The notes under the pieces were generated by a model. The model saw nothing but the letters and a program-made list of their open reading frames with translations. It had not been told where the DNA came from and searched no databases. This document shows, piece by piece, positions 21,352 through 31,270 of a stretch of DNA of 58,543 nt. The translations under genes were made by a program, and so were the position numbers. Location: sequence record SRR16203515_2665. One strand, 5' to 3'. Numbering within the stretch: the first letter of the stretch is position 1; the number at the start of each line of letters is the position of its first letter.

Positions 21352-22370
21352 GCGACTGTGCGGCGGCGTGAACGGCGTGTGCGCTGTGGCGCTGCGTCGG
21401 CGTCCCCTGTGCCATCACTGTCCGAACTAAACGCGCCGACCTTGGCGACGATTTCATCAAGGTTGGATTTTTCGGCAGCAGGGCGCGTTTCTAATGCGGT
21501 GCGCATTGCGCGTAGGTGATCGGGCATTGTGCCACAGCATCCGCCAATGATTTTTGCGCCACTGTCACGGGCCATCACGGCATAATCTGCCATCAATTCA
21601 GGCGTGCCGTTGTAACAGATGTGACCGTCCACGTATTTTGGAATGCCTGCATTTCCTTTGGCAACAATGGCTTGGGCAGGGGCCTCATTTGAAAATCCTT
21701 GGACCGCACGCAACAAATCCGATGCGCCCGTTCCGCAATTCGCACCAAAGGCGACAGGTGGATTTGGCAGGCTGTTTATCAAGGCGACCATATCGCGCGA
21801 TGTGACGCCCATCATCGTGCGTCCGGCTGTATCAAAGCTCATCGTGCCAACCCATGGCAAATCAACATGCGAAAATGCCTCGGCTGCGGCGCGGTATTCT
21901 TCTGCCGATGAAATGGTTTCGAGCCACAAAACATCTGCACCGCCTTCTTTCAACCCGATCGCCTGATCCAGAAAGATCTCTACACAGTCTGCGTGTGACA
22001 GGCTGCCCACTGGTTCCAAAATTTCACCTGTGGGTCCGACAGAGGCGGCCACCACCACAGGACGATCCTCGGCATCGGCAATTTCGCGGCCCAATTCGAC
22101 AGATAGGCGGGATAGTTCGCGAGCGCGATGGCCTGCATCATGCAGTTTCAAACGCGCAGAGTTACCCCCAAAGCTGTTTGTCAAAAACAGATCACTGCCC
22201 GCATCCACCGCCATTTGGTACAGTTTGCGGATGTTGTCAGGGTGGGTTTCGTTCCACAATTCCGGGGCATCCCCCGAGGATAACCCCATGTTAAACAGGT
22301 TTGTTCCCGTGGCCCCATCCGCCAAAATCCAATCGCGGGTGTCTAACATGTTTAAAAATGCATTTGTCAT
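21348..22370 (-). CDS. bmt: Betaine-homocysteine S-methyltransferase (homocysteine-binding domain)
   Basis: [27 protein letters not shown]. Confidence 0.85.
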   Translation of the reverse strand: MTNAFLNMLDTRDWILADGATGTNLFNMGLSSGDAPELWNETHPDNIRKLYQMAVDAGSDLFLTNSFGGNSARLKLHDAGHRARELSRLSVELGREIADAEDRPVVVAASVGPTGEILEPVGSLSHADCVEIFLDQAIGLKEGGADVLWLETISSAEEYRAAAEAFSHVDLPWVGTMSFDTAGRTMMGVTSRDMVALINSLPNPPVAFGANCGTGASDLLRAVQGFSNEAPAQAIVAKGNAGIPKYVDGHICYNGTPELMADYAVMARDSGAKIIGGCCGTMPDHLRAMRTALETRPAAEKSNLDEIVAKVGAFSSDSDGTGDADAAPQRTRRSRRRTVA

Positions 22371-22531
22371 CGGAAACTCCTCATTATCCCCCACGCGATG
22401 ACACAGAGTACGACATAAGACAAATTCATAAAATTCACGTTGATTATGAATACGGTTCAATACGTATTGGGTGCTTGTATCAGGCGGCCAACTGCCCTAA
22501 AGAGGCGCCATCCAGAATAGAAAGTTTGCCA

Positions 22532-23290
22532 ATGGCGCGTCGCACCAAAATTTATGAAGGTAAGGCCAAAGTTTTATACGAAGGACCTGAGCCTGGAACC
22601 ATCGTTCAATACTTCAAAGATGACGCCACCGCGTTCAACGCCGAAAAGAAAGACGTGATCGACGGTAAGGGTGTTTTGAACAACCGTTTGTCTGAGTTTT
22701 TCATGACTGGTTTGCAAGCGATTGGCATACCGACGCATTTCATCAAACGTTTGAATATGCGGGAACAAATGGTGCGCAAATGTGAAATTATCCCGCTTGA
22801 GGTGATTGTTCGTAACTATGCAGCAGGATCCATTTCCAAACGTCTGGGGATTGAAGAGGGCACGCAGATGCCGCGCCCCATTGTTGAATACTGTTATAAA
22901 GACGACAGTTTGGGTGATCCATTGGTCACCGAAGAACATATTGCCGCCTTTGGTTGGGCCAGCCAACAAGATATGGAAGATATCCTGTCGCTTGCATTGC
23001 GTGTGAATGATTTCATGTCTGGCTTGATGTTGGGCGTTGGCATTCGTTTGGTTGATTTCAAAATTGAAATTGGCCGTGTGTACGAAGGCGACTATCAACG
23101 TTTGATCATCGCCGATGAAATTAGCCCTGACAGCTGCCGTTTGTGGGACATCGAAACAGGCCGCAAATTGGATAAGGATGTGTTCCGCCGCGATCTGGGC
23201 GATCTGACAGATGCCTATTCTGAAGTTGCACGTCGCTTGGGTGTTTTGCCCAAAACTGCGCAGATGCCAAAACCTACAATCGTTGAATAA
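22532..23290 (+). CDS. purC: SAICAR synthase
   Basis: [35 protein letters not shown]. Confidence 0.97.
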   Translation: MARRTKIYEGKAKVLYEGPEPGTIVQYFKDDATAFNAEKKDVIDGKGVLNNRLSEFFMTGLQAIGIPTHFIKRLNMREQMVRKCEIIPLEVIVRNYAAGSISKRLGIEEGTQMPRPIVEYCYKDDSLGDPLVTEEHIAAFGWASQQDMEDILSLALRVNDFMSGLMLGVGIRLVDFKIEIGRVYEGDYQRLIIADEISPDSCRLWDIETGRKLDKDVFRRDLGDLTDAYSEVARRLGVLPKTAQMPKPTIVE

Positions 23291-23302
23291 GAGGGATTAG
23301 TG

Positions 23303-23542
23303 ATGAAAGCCCGTGTTTATGTCATGTTGAAATCTGGTGTTCTTGACCCTCAGGGCGAGGCCGTGCGCCATGCGCTTGGCGCATTGGGGTTTGACGGTGT
23401 CCAAGGGGTGCGTCAGGGTAAAGTGATTGAACTGGATCTTGCAGCAACGGATAAGGCCGCAGCAGAGGTCGAAGTCAAAGAGATGTGTGAAAAGCTTTTG
23501 GCCAACACCGTGATCGAAAGCTATCAGATCGAGTTAAGCTAA
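23303..23542 (+). CDS. purS: FGAM synthase subunit PurS
   Basis: [18 protein letters not shown]. Confidence 0.96.
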   Translation: MKARVYVMLKSGVLDPQGEAVRHALGALGFDGVQGVRQGKVIELDLAATDKAAAEVEVKEMCEKLLANTVIESYQIELS

Positions 23543-24210
23543 TGCGCGCAGCCGTTATTCAATTTCCCGGATCAAACTGTGATCGCGATATGGCAGTAGC
23601 ACTTAAGGCTGCTGGTGCTGATGTCACAATGGTGTGGCACAAAAATACCGATTTGCCCGATGGTTTGGATTTCGTGGCAATACCTGGTGGATTTTCATTT
23701 GGCGATTATTTGCGGGTTGGTGCGATTGCCGCGCGTTCCCCCATTTGTCAGTCGGTGGTCGCATTCGCAAATCGCGGTGGATATGTGTTCGGCGTCTGCA
23801 ACGGATTTCAGGTTTTGACCGAAACGGGCCTGTTGCCGGGTGCATTGTTGCGCAATGCAGGATTGAAATACATCTGTAAGCACGTGGAATTGAACGTGGA
23901 AACGACACAGTCTGCCTATACCTCGGCGTATAAAGCGGATCAGTCGATCACAATTCCAATCGCGCACCATGATGGGAACTATAACCTAGATGATGCGAAC
24001 GCGCAGGCCCTATTTGATCAGGATCGGGTGGCCTTTACCTATGCTGACAATCCCAACGGATCTGTGCGCAGTATTGCTGGTGTCCTGTCAGAAAATCGTC
24101 GCGTTTTGGGCATGATGCCCCACCCAGAGCGTTTGGCCGATCCAGCACAGGGTGGCACAGACGGTCAGCCGTTTTTTGCCGGATTGATGGATCAAATCGC
24201 CACGGTGTAA
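23542..24210 (+). CDS. purQ: FGAM synthase subunit PurQ
   Basis: [31 protein letters not shown]. Confidence 0.97.
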   Translation: MRAAVIQFPGSNCDRDMAVALKAAGADVTMVWHKNTDLPDGLDFVAIPGGFSFGDYLRVGAIAARSPICQSVVAFANRGGYVFGVCNGFQVLTETGLLPGALLRNAGLKYICKHVELNVETTQSAYTSAYKADQSITIPIAHHDGNYNLDDANAQALFDQDRVAFTYADNPNGSVRSIAGVLSENRRVLGMMPHPERLADPAQGGTDGQPFFAGLMDQIATV

Positions 24211-24242
24211 CGTCCACTGATTGTTGGGTATAGTTAGACGGT

Positions 24243-26033
24243 ATGACGCCGACAAATAGTGATTCTGATGATGATAATGTCCCAAACGTGCGCAGCTCCC
24301 TGCGCCTGCGTTTGATGATTGCTATTCTTTTTGTGATCGCGGCAGTTACGCTTTATCTGACCAATAGCATTTTGATGGAACGCTTTTCGCAAAGCACGGC
24401 AAATCGTGCAGAGCTGCGATTGGCACTGTATGGTGGAAACCTAAAAAGCGAACTGCAACGTAATTCTATTGTTCCGCAATTGTTGGCGCGCGATCAGTCA
24501 TTGATCACTGCGTTGGAACTAAACGATTTTTCACAAACCTCACAGCGTTTGATTAGTTTCTTGGACGAAATCAACGCGGCCTCGCTTAGCCTGCTGGATG
24601 TGGACGGGCGTACCGTGGCCGCGACCGAACGGCACAATATTGCGGCCGCCCATCGGGAAAAGGCCTATTTCGTTGACGCGATGCGGTCGAACGAAACGGT
24701 GTTCAGCGTTGTGGAAAAAGAAAGTGGTGGTTTCGGGTTCTATTACGCCAAACGATTGGAGGCGCAAAATACCCCCTTGGGCGTGATTTTGGTCGAGGTG
24801 GATTTGTTACAATTTGAACGCGCATGGGCGGGAATTGCCGATGCGGTGTTTGTTTCTGACAGCAGCGGGATCATTGTTCTGTCAACTGAACCACGTTGGC
24901 GCGGATTGACCGAGGAAGAGGCATTAACGCGCGAACCCGCAGAAAGCGCGATTGATCGCGCATTGCGCTTTACGGCGGATTGGGCTGGGGGCGATTCACA
25001 ATTTGACAGTTATTTTCAGGGTCGTGCGGTGATGCGCCAACAGGGGCGGTTGGGTTTCCAAGGATGGCAAATTACGAATTTCACGGCCTATTCAACGGTG
25101 CGTGAACGCATAAATGCGATTTTGGCCTTTGAAATTATGCTGTTTGCGTTGATTTTTGCGGCTGGCTTTTATTTCCTAAACCGTCGCAACACCCTACGCT
25201 TGGTCCTCTTTCAGCGCGAAAGCGAAGATTTGCGCGCCCTAAACCAACGCCTGCAACGTGAAATAGCAGAACGTAAAAAGGTGGAAGAAAACCTGCAAGT
25301 TGCGGAACAAAGTCTGGCACAAAGTTCGAAATTGGCGGCCTTGGGCGAAATGTCGGCGGCCGTGTCGCATGAATTAAACCAACCGCTGACGGCGATGAAA
25401 ACTTATTTGGCGGGTGCTGGATTATTGTTGCGCCGCAATCGCCCGGATGAGGCGCTGGCTGCGTTTTCCCGTATTGATGATTTATTGGAACGTATGGGCG
25501 CGATTACACGTCAGTTGAAATCCTATGCCCGCAAGGGGGGCGAAAGTTTACAACCTGTGAATATGGCGGATGCGGTTTCTTCGTCCCTTGCGATGATGGA
25601 TCCACAGCTTCAGCAACATAAAGTGCGCCTAAGTAAAGTGATCAGTGATCAGGATGCGTTGGTCATGGGGGATCGGATGCGGATTGAACAGGTTCTGATC
25701 AACCTGATCCGAAACGCGATCGACGCCATCAAAACCGTCAAAGATCCCGAGATTGAGATTATTCTCAGCACGGGGCAAATGATTTCCCTAACCGTGCGCG
25801 ACAATGGGTTTGGGATTGCCGATTTGGATGATTTGTTTGAACCGTTTTATACGACCAAACAGGCGGGCGACGGGACGGGGCTGGGCCTGGCGATTTCGTC
25901 GGGGATTATCAACGACATGGGCGGGCGATTGATGGCGCGCAATTCCGACGAAGGGGGCGCTGTATTCGAAGTTATCCTGCCCCCAATTGACGAATATAAC
26001 ACTGGAAAAGAACCATTTGAGGCTGCGGAGTAA
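24243..26033 (+). CDS. DctB-like sensor histidine kinase
   Basis: Periplasmic cache-like region, KLAALGEMSAAVSHELNQPL, NAIDA, DNGFG, GTGLGL. Confidence 0.88.
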   Translation: MTPTNSDSDDDNVPNVRSSLRLRLMIAILFVIAAVTLYLTNSILMERFSQSTANRAELRLALYGGNLKSELQRNSIVPQLLARDQSLITALELNDFSQTSQRLISFLDEINAASLSLLDVDGRTVAATERHNIAAAHREKAYFVDAMRSNETVFSVVEKESGGFGFYYAKRLEAQNTPLGVILVEVDLLQFERAWAGIADAVFVSDSSGIIVLSTEPRWRGLTEEEALTREPAESAIDRALRFTADWAGGDSQFDSYFQGRAVMRQQGRLGFQGWQITNFTAYSTVRERINAILAFEIMLFALIFAAGFYFLNRRNTLRLVLFQRESEDLRALNQRLQREIAERKKVEENLQVAEQSLAQSSKLAALGEMSAAVSHELNQPLTAMKTYLAGAGLLLRRNRPDEALAAFSRIDDLLERMGAITRQLKSYARKGGESLQPVNMADAVSSSLAMMDPQLQQHKVRLSKVISDQDALVMGDRMRIEQVLINLIRNAIDAIKTVKDPEIEIILSTGQMISLTVRDNGFGIADLDDLFEPFYTTKQAGDGTGLGLAISSGIINDMGGRLMARNSDEGGAVFEVILPPIDEYNTGKEPFEAAE

Positions 26034-26036
26034 ACT

Positions 26037-27371
26037 ATGGGTAAGGCTATGAAAATCGCGATTGTGGATGATGAAAAGGACATGCGTTTGTCCATCACAC
26101 AATGGCTTGCGCTGTCGGGATATGACACGGAAAGTTTTGCCAAGGCCGAGGATGCCTTGGCGGCAATCGGTCCTGATTATCCGGGGATTGTCATCACAGA
26201 TATCAAAATGCCTGGCATGGACGGCATGCAATTTTTGCGTCAATTGATGGCGCGTGACAGCGCGTTGCCCGTTATCATGATTACCGGACACGGGGATGTC
26301 CCGATGGCGGTCGAGGCGATGCGCGTTGGGGCCTATAATTTCCTAGAAAAGCCGTTTAACCCCGACACGATGAGCCAACTGGCGAAAAAGGCCACGCAAC
26401 AACGCCGCCTAACCTTGGACAATCGTGCTTTGCGCCGCGAATTGTCCGATGGCACACAATTGATGAAAAAGCTGATGGGCAAATCCAACCCGATGCAGCG
26501 GTTGCGTGAAGATATTTTGGACATCGCACAAGCCGATGGCCACATCCTGATTGATGGGGAAACGGGGACGGGGAAAACATTGGTGGCCCATGCGCTGCAT
26601 GCGGTTGGCAATCGTGCGGGTAAGAAATTTGTGATCCTCAACTGTTCCGCATATGAAGAGGACGCCTTGATGCGGCGTCTGTTTGGGCCCGTTTATGCGG
26701 ATGATAGCTTTTTACCCGCGATTGAAGAGGCGCGGGGCGGAACGCTGGTCCTTGAAGATATTGAGGTGCTCAGCGAACAGGTCCAAGGCAAACTGTTGGC
26801 CGAAATCGATACCCAAGGGACACCTGCCGAAACACGCATCATCGCGATCAGCAACGGACAAGAGGTTGGGAAATCGGTTGCCGATAAACTGCGCCCCGAT
26901 CTGCTATACCGATTGAACGCATTGCAAATCACGGTTCCTCCACTGCGCAAGCGCGGAGACGATATTTTGGAAATGTTCAATCGCCAATGCGAACAATTTG
27001 CTGATGACTATGGTTGCGACGCGCCTGCCATTTCGGCCCAAGATGCCGCGCAATTGTTACAGGCACCTTGGCCTGGAAATGTACGTCAGTTGATGAATGT
27101 GGTGGAACAGGCCGTGCTGCAATCCCGACGGGGCGAGGGGTCAATCTCATCCCTGTTGATGACGGGTGAAGATGAAAAGACAACCGTCGTCACAACCGAG
27201 GGCAAACCACTTAAGGAATATGTCGAGGCTTTTGAGCGCATGTTAATTGACAACACCATGCGTCGGCACAAAGGATCCATTGCCAAGGTTATGGATGAAC
27301 TGCGCCTGCCGCGCCGCACGTTAAACGAAAAGATGGCCAAATACAGTCTGCAGCGCGCCGATTATATCTAA
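26037..27371 (+). CDS. DctD-like response regulator (REC-AAA-HTH) lacking GAFTGA
   Basis: DD, TDIKMPG, GETGTGKT, WPGNVRQL, C-terminal Fis-like HTH. Confidence 0.88.
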   Translation: MGKAMKIAIVDDEKDMRLSITQWLALSGYDTESFAKAEDALAAIGPDYPGIVITDIKMPGMDGMQFLRQLMARDSALPVIMITGHGDVPMAVEAMRVGAYNFLEKPFNPDTMSQLAKKATQQRRLTLDNRALRRELSDGTQLMKKLMGKSNPMQRLREDILDIAQADGHILIDGETGTGKTLVAHALHAVGNRAGKKFVILNCSAYEEDALMRRLFGPVYADDSFLPAIEEARGGTLVLEDIEVLSEQVQGKLLAEIDTQGTPAETRIIAISNGQEVGKSVADKLRPDLLYRLNALQITVPPLRKRGDDILEMFNRQCEQFADDYGCDAPAISAQDAAQLLQAPWPGNVRQLMNVVEQAVLQSRRGEGSISSLLMTGEDEKTTVVTTEGKPLKEYVEAFERMLIDNTMRRHKGSIAKVMDELRLPRRTLNEKMAKYSLQRADYI

Positions 27372-27832
27372 GTCTTGGATCGCTTGAACGCTGTGATCCA
27401 CAGGAACGCCAGTGCAAATGACACAATGGCGTTCCAACCCGCCATGGATATCCCCATCAGCGACCATGCAATCTCATCACAGCGCACCAGCGGCGCTGTC
27501 ATGATCTGATCCAGCAATTGATCAACGCTCAGCCCATCTGTGGATGAGGATGTGCAGGTATCTGGTCCCTGCCACCATTTCTGTTCCACGCCCACATGAT
27601 AAACGCCAATGACGCCTGTTGTTAGCGCGGATAAAGCGCCCAACACTAACAAACCGCGATAGGCAAGGAATAGAAACAGAACACCAATCCCAATGGCAGC
27701 GATATGGGGATAACGTTGCCAATAGCACATCTTACACGGGGGCAATTCGCCGATGTATTGAAATCCAAGTGCGGCGATCATCATACCCAATGATCCAAGC
27801 GCGGCGATTAATCCCAACCTGCGTCCCGTCAT
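27368..27832 (-). CDS. dsbB: Disulfide bond formation protein B family
   Basis: PCKMCYWQRYP, YHVGVE, second Cys pair. Confidence 0.88.
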   Translation of the reverse strand: MTGRRLGLIAALGSLGMMIAALGFQYIGELPPCKMCYWQRYPHIAAIGIGVLFLFLAYRGLLVLGALSALTTGVIGVYHVGVEQKWWQGPDTCTSSSTDGLSVDQLLDQIMTAPLVRCDEIAWSLMGISMAGWNAIVSFALAFLWITAFKRSKT

Positions 27833-28410
27833 AAATATTGTACCCCTAAAAATCCCAAGAACAGCACAGCCAAGCCTGCAGCAAACACCCAACCCAGATA
27901 GCGTTCAATGAACGATTTGATGGGAGGGCCGAAAAAGTAAAGCAACCCACACACCAAAAAGAAACGAACAGAACGTGCAATGACCGCCGTGGACACAAAT
28001 AACCACAGGGGCATCTCCGTTGCACCTGACATGATTGTGATCACCTTGAACGGAAAGGGGGTGATGCCCGCCATCAGTACGGTCCAAAACCCCATGTCAT
28101 TAAAGCGTGTTGCATATTCGGCCATGGCATCGGCTTTGCCCAAGGCGATTAATGCGGGTTCTGCGATTTGTTCAAAAGTGAACATGCCGATCGCATAGCC
28201 AAACAATCCCCCCAAAACCGAAAAGGTCATCGCCACGAATGCATAAAGCCACGCACGATGACGCGCGGCCAAAACCATGGGGATCAGCATGACATCGACA
28301 GGGATTGGAAAGAACGAAGACTCGATAAACGCAATGACGGCCAAGATCCAAATTGCACGGGGATGTTCGGACATCCGCATGGTCCAATCATATAGGGATC
28401 GTAACATCAT
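27829..28410 (-). CDS. YqaA/DedA family membrane protein
   Basis: ESSFFPIP.D, SVLGG..GY.IG, TPFPFKV, ARSVRFF. Confidence 0.9.
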   Translation of the reverse strand: MMLRSLYDWTMRMSEHPRAIWILAVIAFIESSFFPIPVDVMLIPMVLAARHRAWLYAFVAMTFSVLGGLFGYAIGMFTFEQIAEPALIALGKADAMAEYATRFNDMGFWTVLMAGITPFPFKVITIMSGATEMPLWLFVSTAVIARSVRFFLVCGLLYFFGPPIKSFIERYLGWVFAAGLAVLFLGFLGVQYL

Positions 28411-28514
28411 AACCTCTTAAACCTATGGTGCTGAGAAAACATGCAAAACTTTTGCGGTCAAGCGCGTTTTCCCTCTGGACCTTGGCAAAACATTTGTTTA
28501 ATCACCCCCTCAGT

Positions 28515-28600
28515 GCCCGAGTGGCGGAATGGTAGACGCAGGGGATTCAAAATCCCCCGCCTTCACGGGCGTGTGAGTTCGAATCTCACCTTGGGCACCA
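28515..28600 (+). tRNA. tRNA-Leu(CAA); probable prophage integration target
   Basis: GCCCGAGTGGCGGAATGGTAGACGCAGGGGATTCAAAATCCCCCGCCTTCACGGGCGTGTGAGTTCGAATCTCACCTTGGGCACCA with long variable arm. Confidence 0.97.
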
Positions 28601-28663
28601 AATAATCCGCAATAATTTCAGTCATTTAGCGTGTTTCCCTTGGGTTTACCCATTCGGCGGAAT

Positions 28664-28702
28664 TGCTCGAATTTGCAAGTGCTCGGAAATGTGCTCGGAA
28701 AT
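28664..28702 (+). repeat. Tandem direct repeats GTGCTCGGAAAT x2 plus one degenerate copy; candidate integrase arm sites
   Basis: TGCTCGAATTT 28664, GTGCTCGGAAAT 28679 and 28691, between tRNA and integrase. Confidence 0.6.
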
Positions 28703-28704
28703 TT

Positions 28705-28719
28705 GTTCTCGCACTGTTC
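28705..28719. promoter_or_regulatory. Candidate LexA box near att
   Basis: GTTC-TCGCACT-GTTC, intergenic. Confidence 0.55.
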
Positions 28720-28741
28720 CATTCCATAATTGTTGGGCGAT

Positions 28742-29779
28742 TCAATATTGTGTCCTTTCTAGTGCTGCCCGTGCACTGTTTGCTAACGCTTTTTGTTTCA
28801 CTGCTGCGGTGTAGTGATTCACCATTTGCTCCGTTTGTCCCGTAATCGCGGCAATCTCTTCAACAGTGCATCCAGCAATCATCAATTCACTTGCTGCTGA
28901 ATATCGTAACGAATGAATATCGTACTTTTCAGCACCAATCTTGTTGCGAATTTTGATTATCGCTTTCTGTGCTCCGTCATATGTCCATTTACCGTCACCG
29001 CTTGGATTGGTCACAATGAACATTGATTGCTTTTGCGTATTACCTAGTAACGTCAGGAGACGTGTTCCAAATGGCACCCACAGATGCTTACCAGTTTTAT
29101 TCTGTACGACATAAATGCCGCCCTCAGAAATTTCATGCCACTGCATATCAAGCACATCGCCAATGCGTTGTCCTGTACCCAATAACATTTCAAAAACTAG
29201 CAGTTCTCGTGGTCCCGCAACTTTTCTAAATTCATCCACCAAGGCAGGGGGCCATGGGAGACGTTTGGCTTTGGATGGTGGAAACAGTTTCACACCTTTG
29301 GCGTGGTTTGTATCTACCCATCCGATGTCGATTGCGTGTTCCATCAGAATACGCATCACTTGGACGCAGTAGTTAGCAAAGCGAGGCTTATCTGCATTCG
29401 CATCACGTAACCTTATGACGTCCTTTCTGCGTACTTTTCGTGGGTCAACCTCTGGCATATTTTTCAAAAGCGCACGTAACACACGGTCATAAGCTGGTCG
29501 TGTGCTATCCGCTAATTTTGTGTAACGAACAGATTTTTCGTAACTGCGAATTAGCTTGCGGAAGGTACGTCTGCTGTCGCGTTCATCAGCGAGCGTCCGC
29601 TCTTCGCGTTCCCCGCGCATCATCGAAGCATATTCTGCAAAAAACTCTGCGCTCTTGGGGTCTTGGTTTTGAAATTTAGCCGTAGTCCAACCCTGTCTTT
29701 CAAACCAAAGTGTTTTGGTCTTATGACGACCGCCACCTTTGTAATAGACATATTTTGGTAGTTTGACTTTGGCTGCCAT
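28742..29779 (-). CDS. Tyrosine recombinase/integrase 1 (att-proximal)
   Basis: GTGQRIGD (R), QNKTG (K), HSLR, NHY (Y); TAATG coupling to the upstream small gene. Confidence 0.93.
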   Translation of the reverse strand: MAAKVKLPKYVYYKGGGRHKTKTLWFERQGWTTAKFQNQDPKSAEFFAEYASMMRGEREERTLADERDSRRTFRKLIRSYEKSVRYTKLADSTRPAYDRVLRALLKNMPEVDPRKVRRKDVIRLRDANADKPRFANYCVQVMRILMEHAIDIGWVDTNHAKGVKLFPPSKAKRLPWPPALVDEFRKVAGPRELLVFEMLLGTGQRIGDVLDMQWHEISEGGIYVVQNKTGKHLWVPFGTRLLTLLGNTQKQSMFIVTNPSGDGKWTYDGAQKAIIKIRNKIGAEKYDIHSLRYSAASELMIAGCTVEEIAAITGQTEQMVNHYTAAVKQKALANSARAALERTQY

Positions 29780-29952
29780 TAGGTGAATTTCCAATCAACA
29801 TAATCAAGTTCGTTGACTTCATCGTCATCTTTTTTCTCGAACCATATTTCTATGGATTTGCCATCTACTTTGACGCCTTGCACATTCTTACCCTTCGCTT
29901 GAAACAAAGTCACAAGGTCTACGGCTCGTTGTGCAGTGCTAGTTTTCGCCAT
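29779..29952 (-). CDS. 57-aa protein coupled to integrase 1, candidate RDF/excisionase
   Basis: MAKTSTAQRAVDLV...; AGGAG RBS; stop overlaps the int1 start; paralog at 34908-35123. Confidence 0.65.
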   Translation of the reverse strand: MAKTSTAQRAVDLVTLFQAKGKNVQGVKVDGKSIEIWFEKKDDDEVNELDYVDWKFT

Positions 29953-29954
29953 GC

Positions 29955-30221
29955 TTACTCCTTTCTGGCTTTCTTGAGCCTGTCGAGTGCTGCCAGTGCT
30001 TTTGAAGGCTTCTGACGTGTCTCTACAGGCTTGTGAGGGGTAGGGGCTGCTGGTTTTACCCTGCAAGCCTCAATAAGGTCATTAATTTCATCGTCTCTAA
30101 TGCTCTTTGAGCGACCACACGCTATGATAAGACCGTGTTCTGTGGCGACCTTAACCATAGCATCGTGTGGTAAACCTAGTTGTTTCGCTAGGTCCTTAGT
30201 TTTGATTAGCTTGACGCTCAT
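29955..30221 (-). CDS. HTH/excisionase-like protein
   Basis: N-terminal LIKTKDLAKQLGL helix-turn-helix pattern; basic; overlaps the int2 end. Confidence 0.6.
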   Translation of the reverse strand: MSVKLIKTKDLAKQLGLPHDAMVKVATEHGLIIACGRSKSIRDDEINDLIEACRVKPAAPTPHKPVETRQKPSKALAALDRLKKARKE

Positions 30222-31269
30222 GTTTTCCCTGTTGATTATGGTGACCTTCCAATGCCATTGCAGCAGCATCAAGGTTCTTGGGCATCAAGTGCGAATAGGC
30301 AGCAATCTGCCTAATGTCCTTGTGGCCCATCCAATGTTGCGCCGTTATCAAATCAACACCATTCGCCAGTAGGCGGGTGCAGCAGGTGTGCCGCATGGCG
30401 TGGATTACAAACTGCGCGTCTTCACTCAGACCAAGCGCGTTGCGCATCTTGTTCCAAGCATTCTCAAAGCTACGCAGCGACAGATGTCCGAAGACAGTTG
30501 CTTGTGTAGCACCACGTTCAAGGCGCAACTGACGAACAGCAGCCTTAATACGATTTGTCATGGACACCGAACGTGACTTACCTGTCTTCGTGCGGTTGCC
30601 CCAAAATGTTATGCGATTGGACTGGAAGTCGACATCAGCCCACTCAAGTTTAAATGCCTCAGCCTTTCGACATCCTGAATCCATGTAGAAATAATACAGG
30701 GGAACGAAATGCGGTGCGTTATCCCAGAACCAGTTTTCTGCACACTGGTCTTCAACGTCAGAAAGATACCTTTTGCGACCTTCTGCGACCTGTACATGAC
30801 CCATGCGCTGAGGTTTGTTGGTCATGCCGCCGCGTTCGTAAGCATACTTCATGGCTCCGTATAGGAAGCTGGACGTACCATTGATGTGGGATGCGCTGTA
30901 CTTGGACAGCATGTCATCGAACAAAGCCTTCTGCTTGGGCATCGTGATTGCATCCATGAACGTATCAGCACCGAAGTGTTCAATCAGTGCGTTGGCATAG
31001 CTGTTGTATTGACGCGGACTGGCAGTATCGCTTTTTGATGTATCTACACGGTAGTCAACGTAACGGTTCATCGCCTCACGCACTGTCATAGGCGCAGCAT
31101 TGCTGTCACTGACTGATGCGGATGCCACAACACCCGCTTTCACTTGCGCCAAAAACAATTCAGCCAATGCCAATGTGTCGAAGGATTGCACATAGCGTTT
31201 GCTGTTGTGCTGTTTGTCGACTTGGAATTTGCCTGTGGGTGTCAGGGATATGCCAGAGGGTAGGGGCAT
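30196..31269 (-). CDS. Tyrosine recombinase/integrase 2
   Basis: SGCRKAE (R), TKTG (K), HAMRH, MGH, AAY; full catalytic set. Confidence 0.93.
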   Translation of the reverse strand: MPLPSGISLTPTGKFQVDKQHNSKRYVQSFDTLALAELFLAQVKAGVVASASVSDSNAAPMTVREAMNRYVDYRVDTSKSDTASPRQYNSYANALIEHFGADTFMDAITMPKQKALFDDMLSKYSASHINGTSSFLYGAMKYAYERGGMTNKPQRMGHVQVAEGRKRYLSDVEDQCAENWFWDNAPHFVPLYYFYMDSGCRKAEAFKLEWADVDFQSNRITFWGNRTKTGKSRSVSMTNRIKAAVRQLRLERGATQATVFGHLSLRSFENAWNKMRNALGLSEDAQFVIHAMRHTCCTRLLANGVDLITAQHWMGHKDIRQIAAYSHLMPKNLDAAAMALEGHHNQQGKHERQANQN

Positions 31270-31270
31270 C

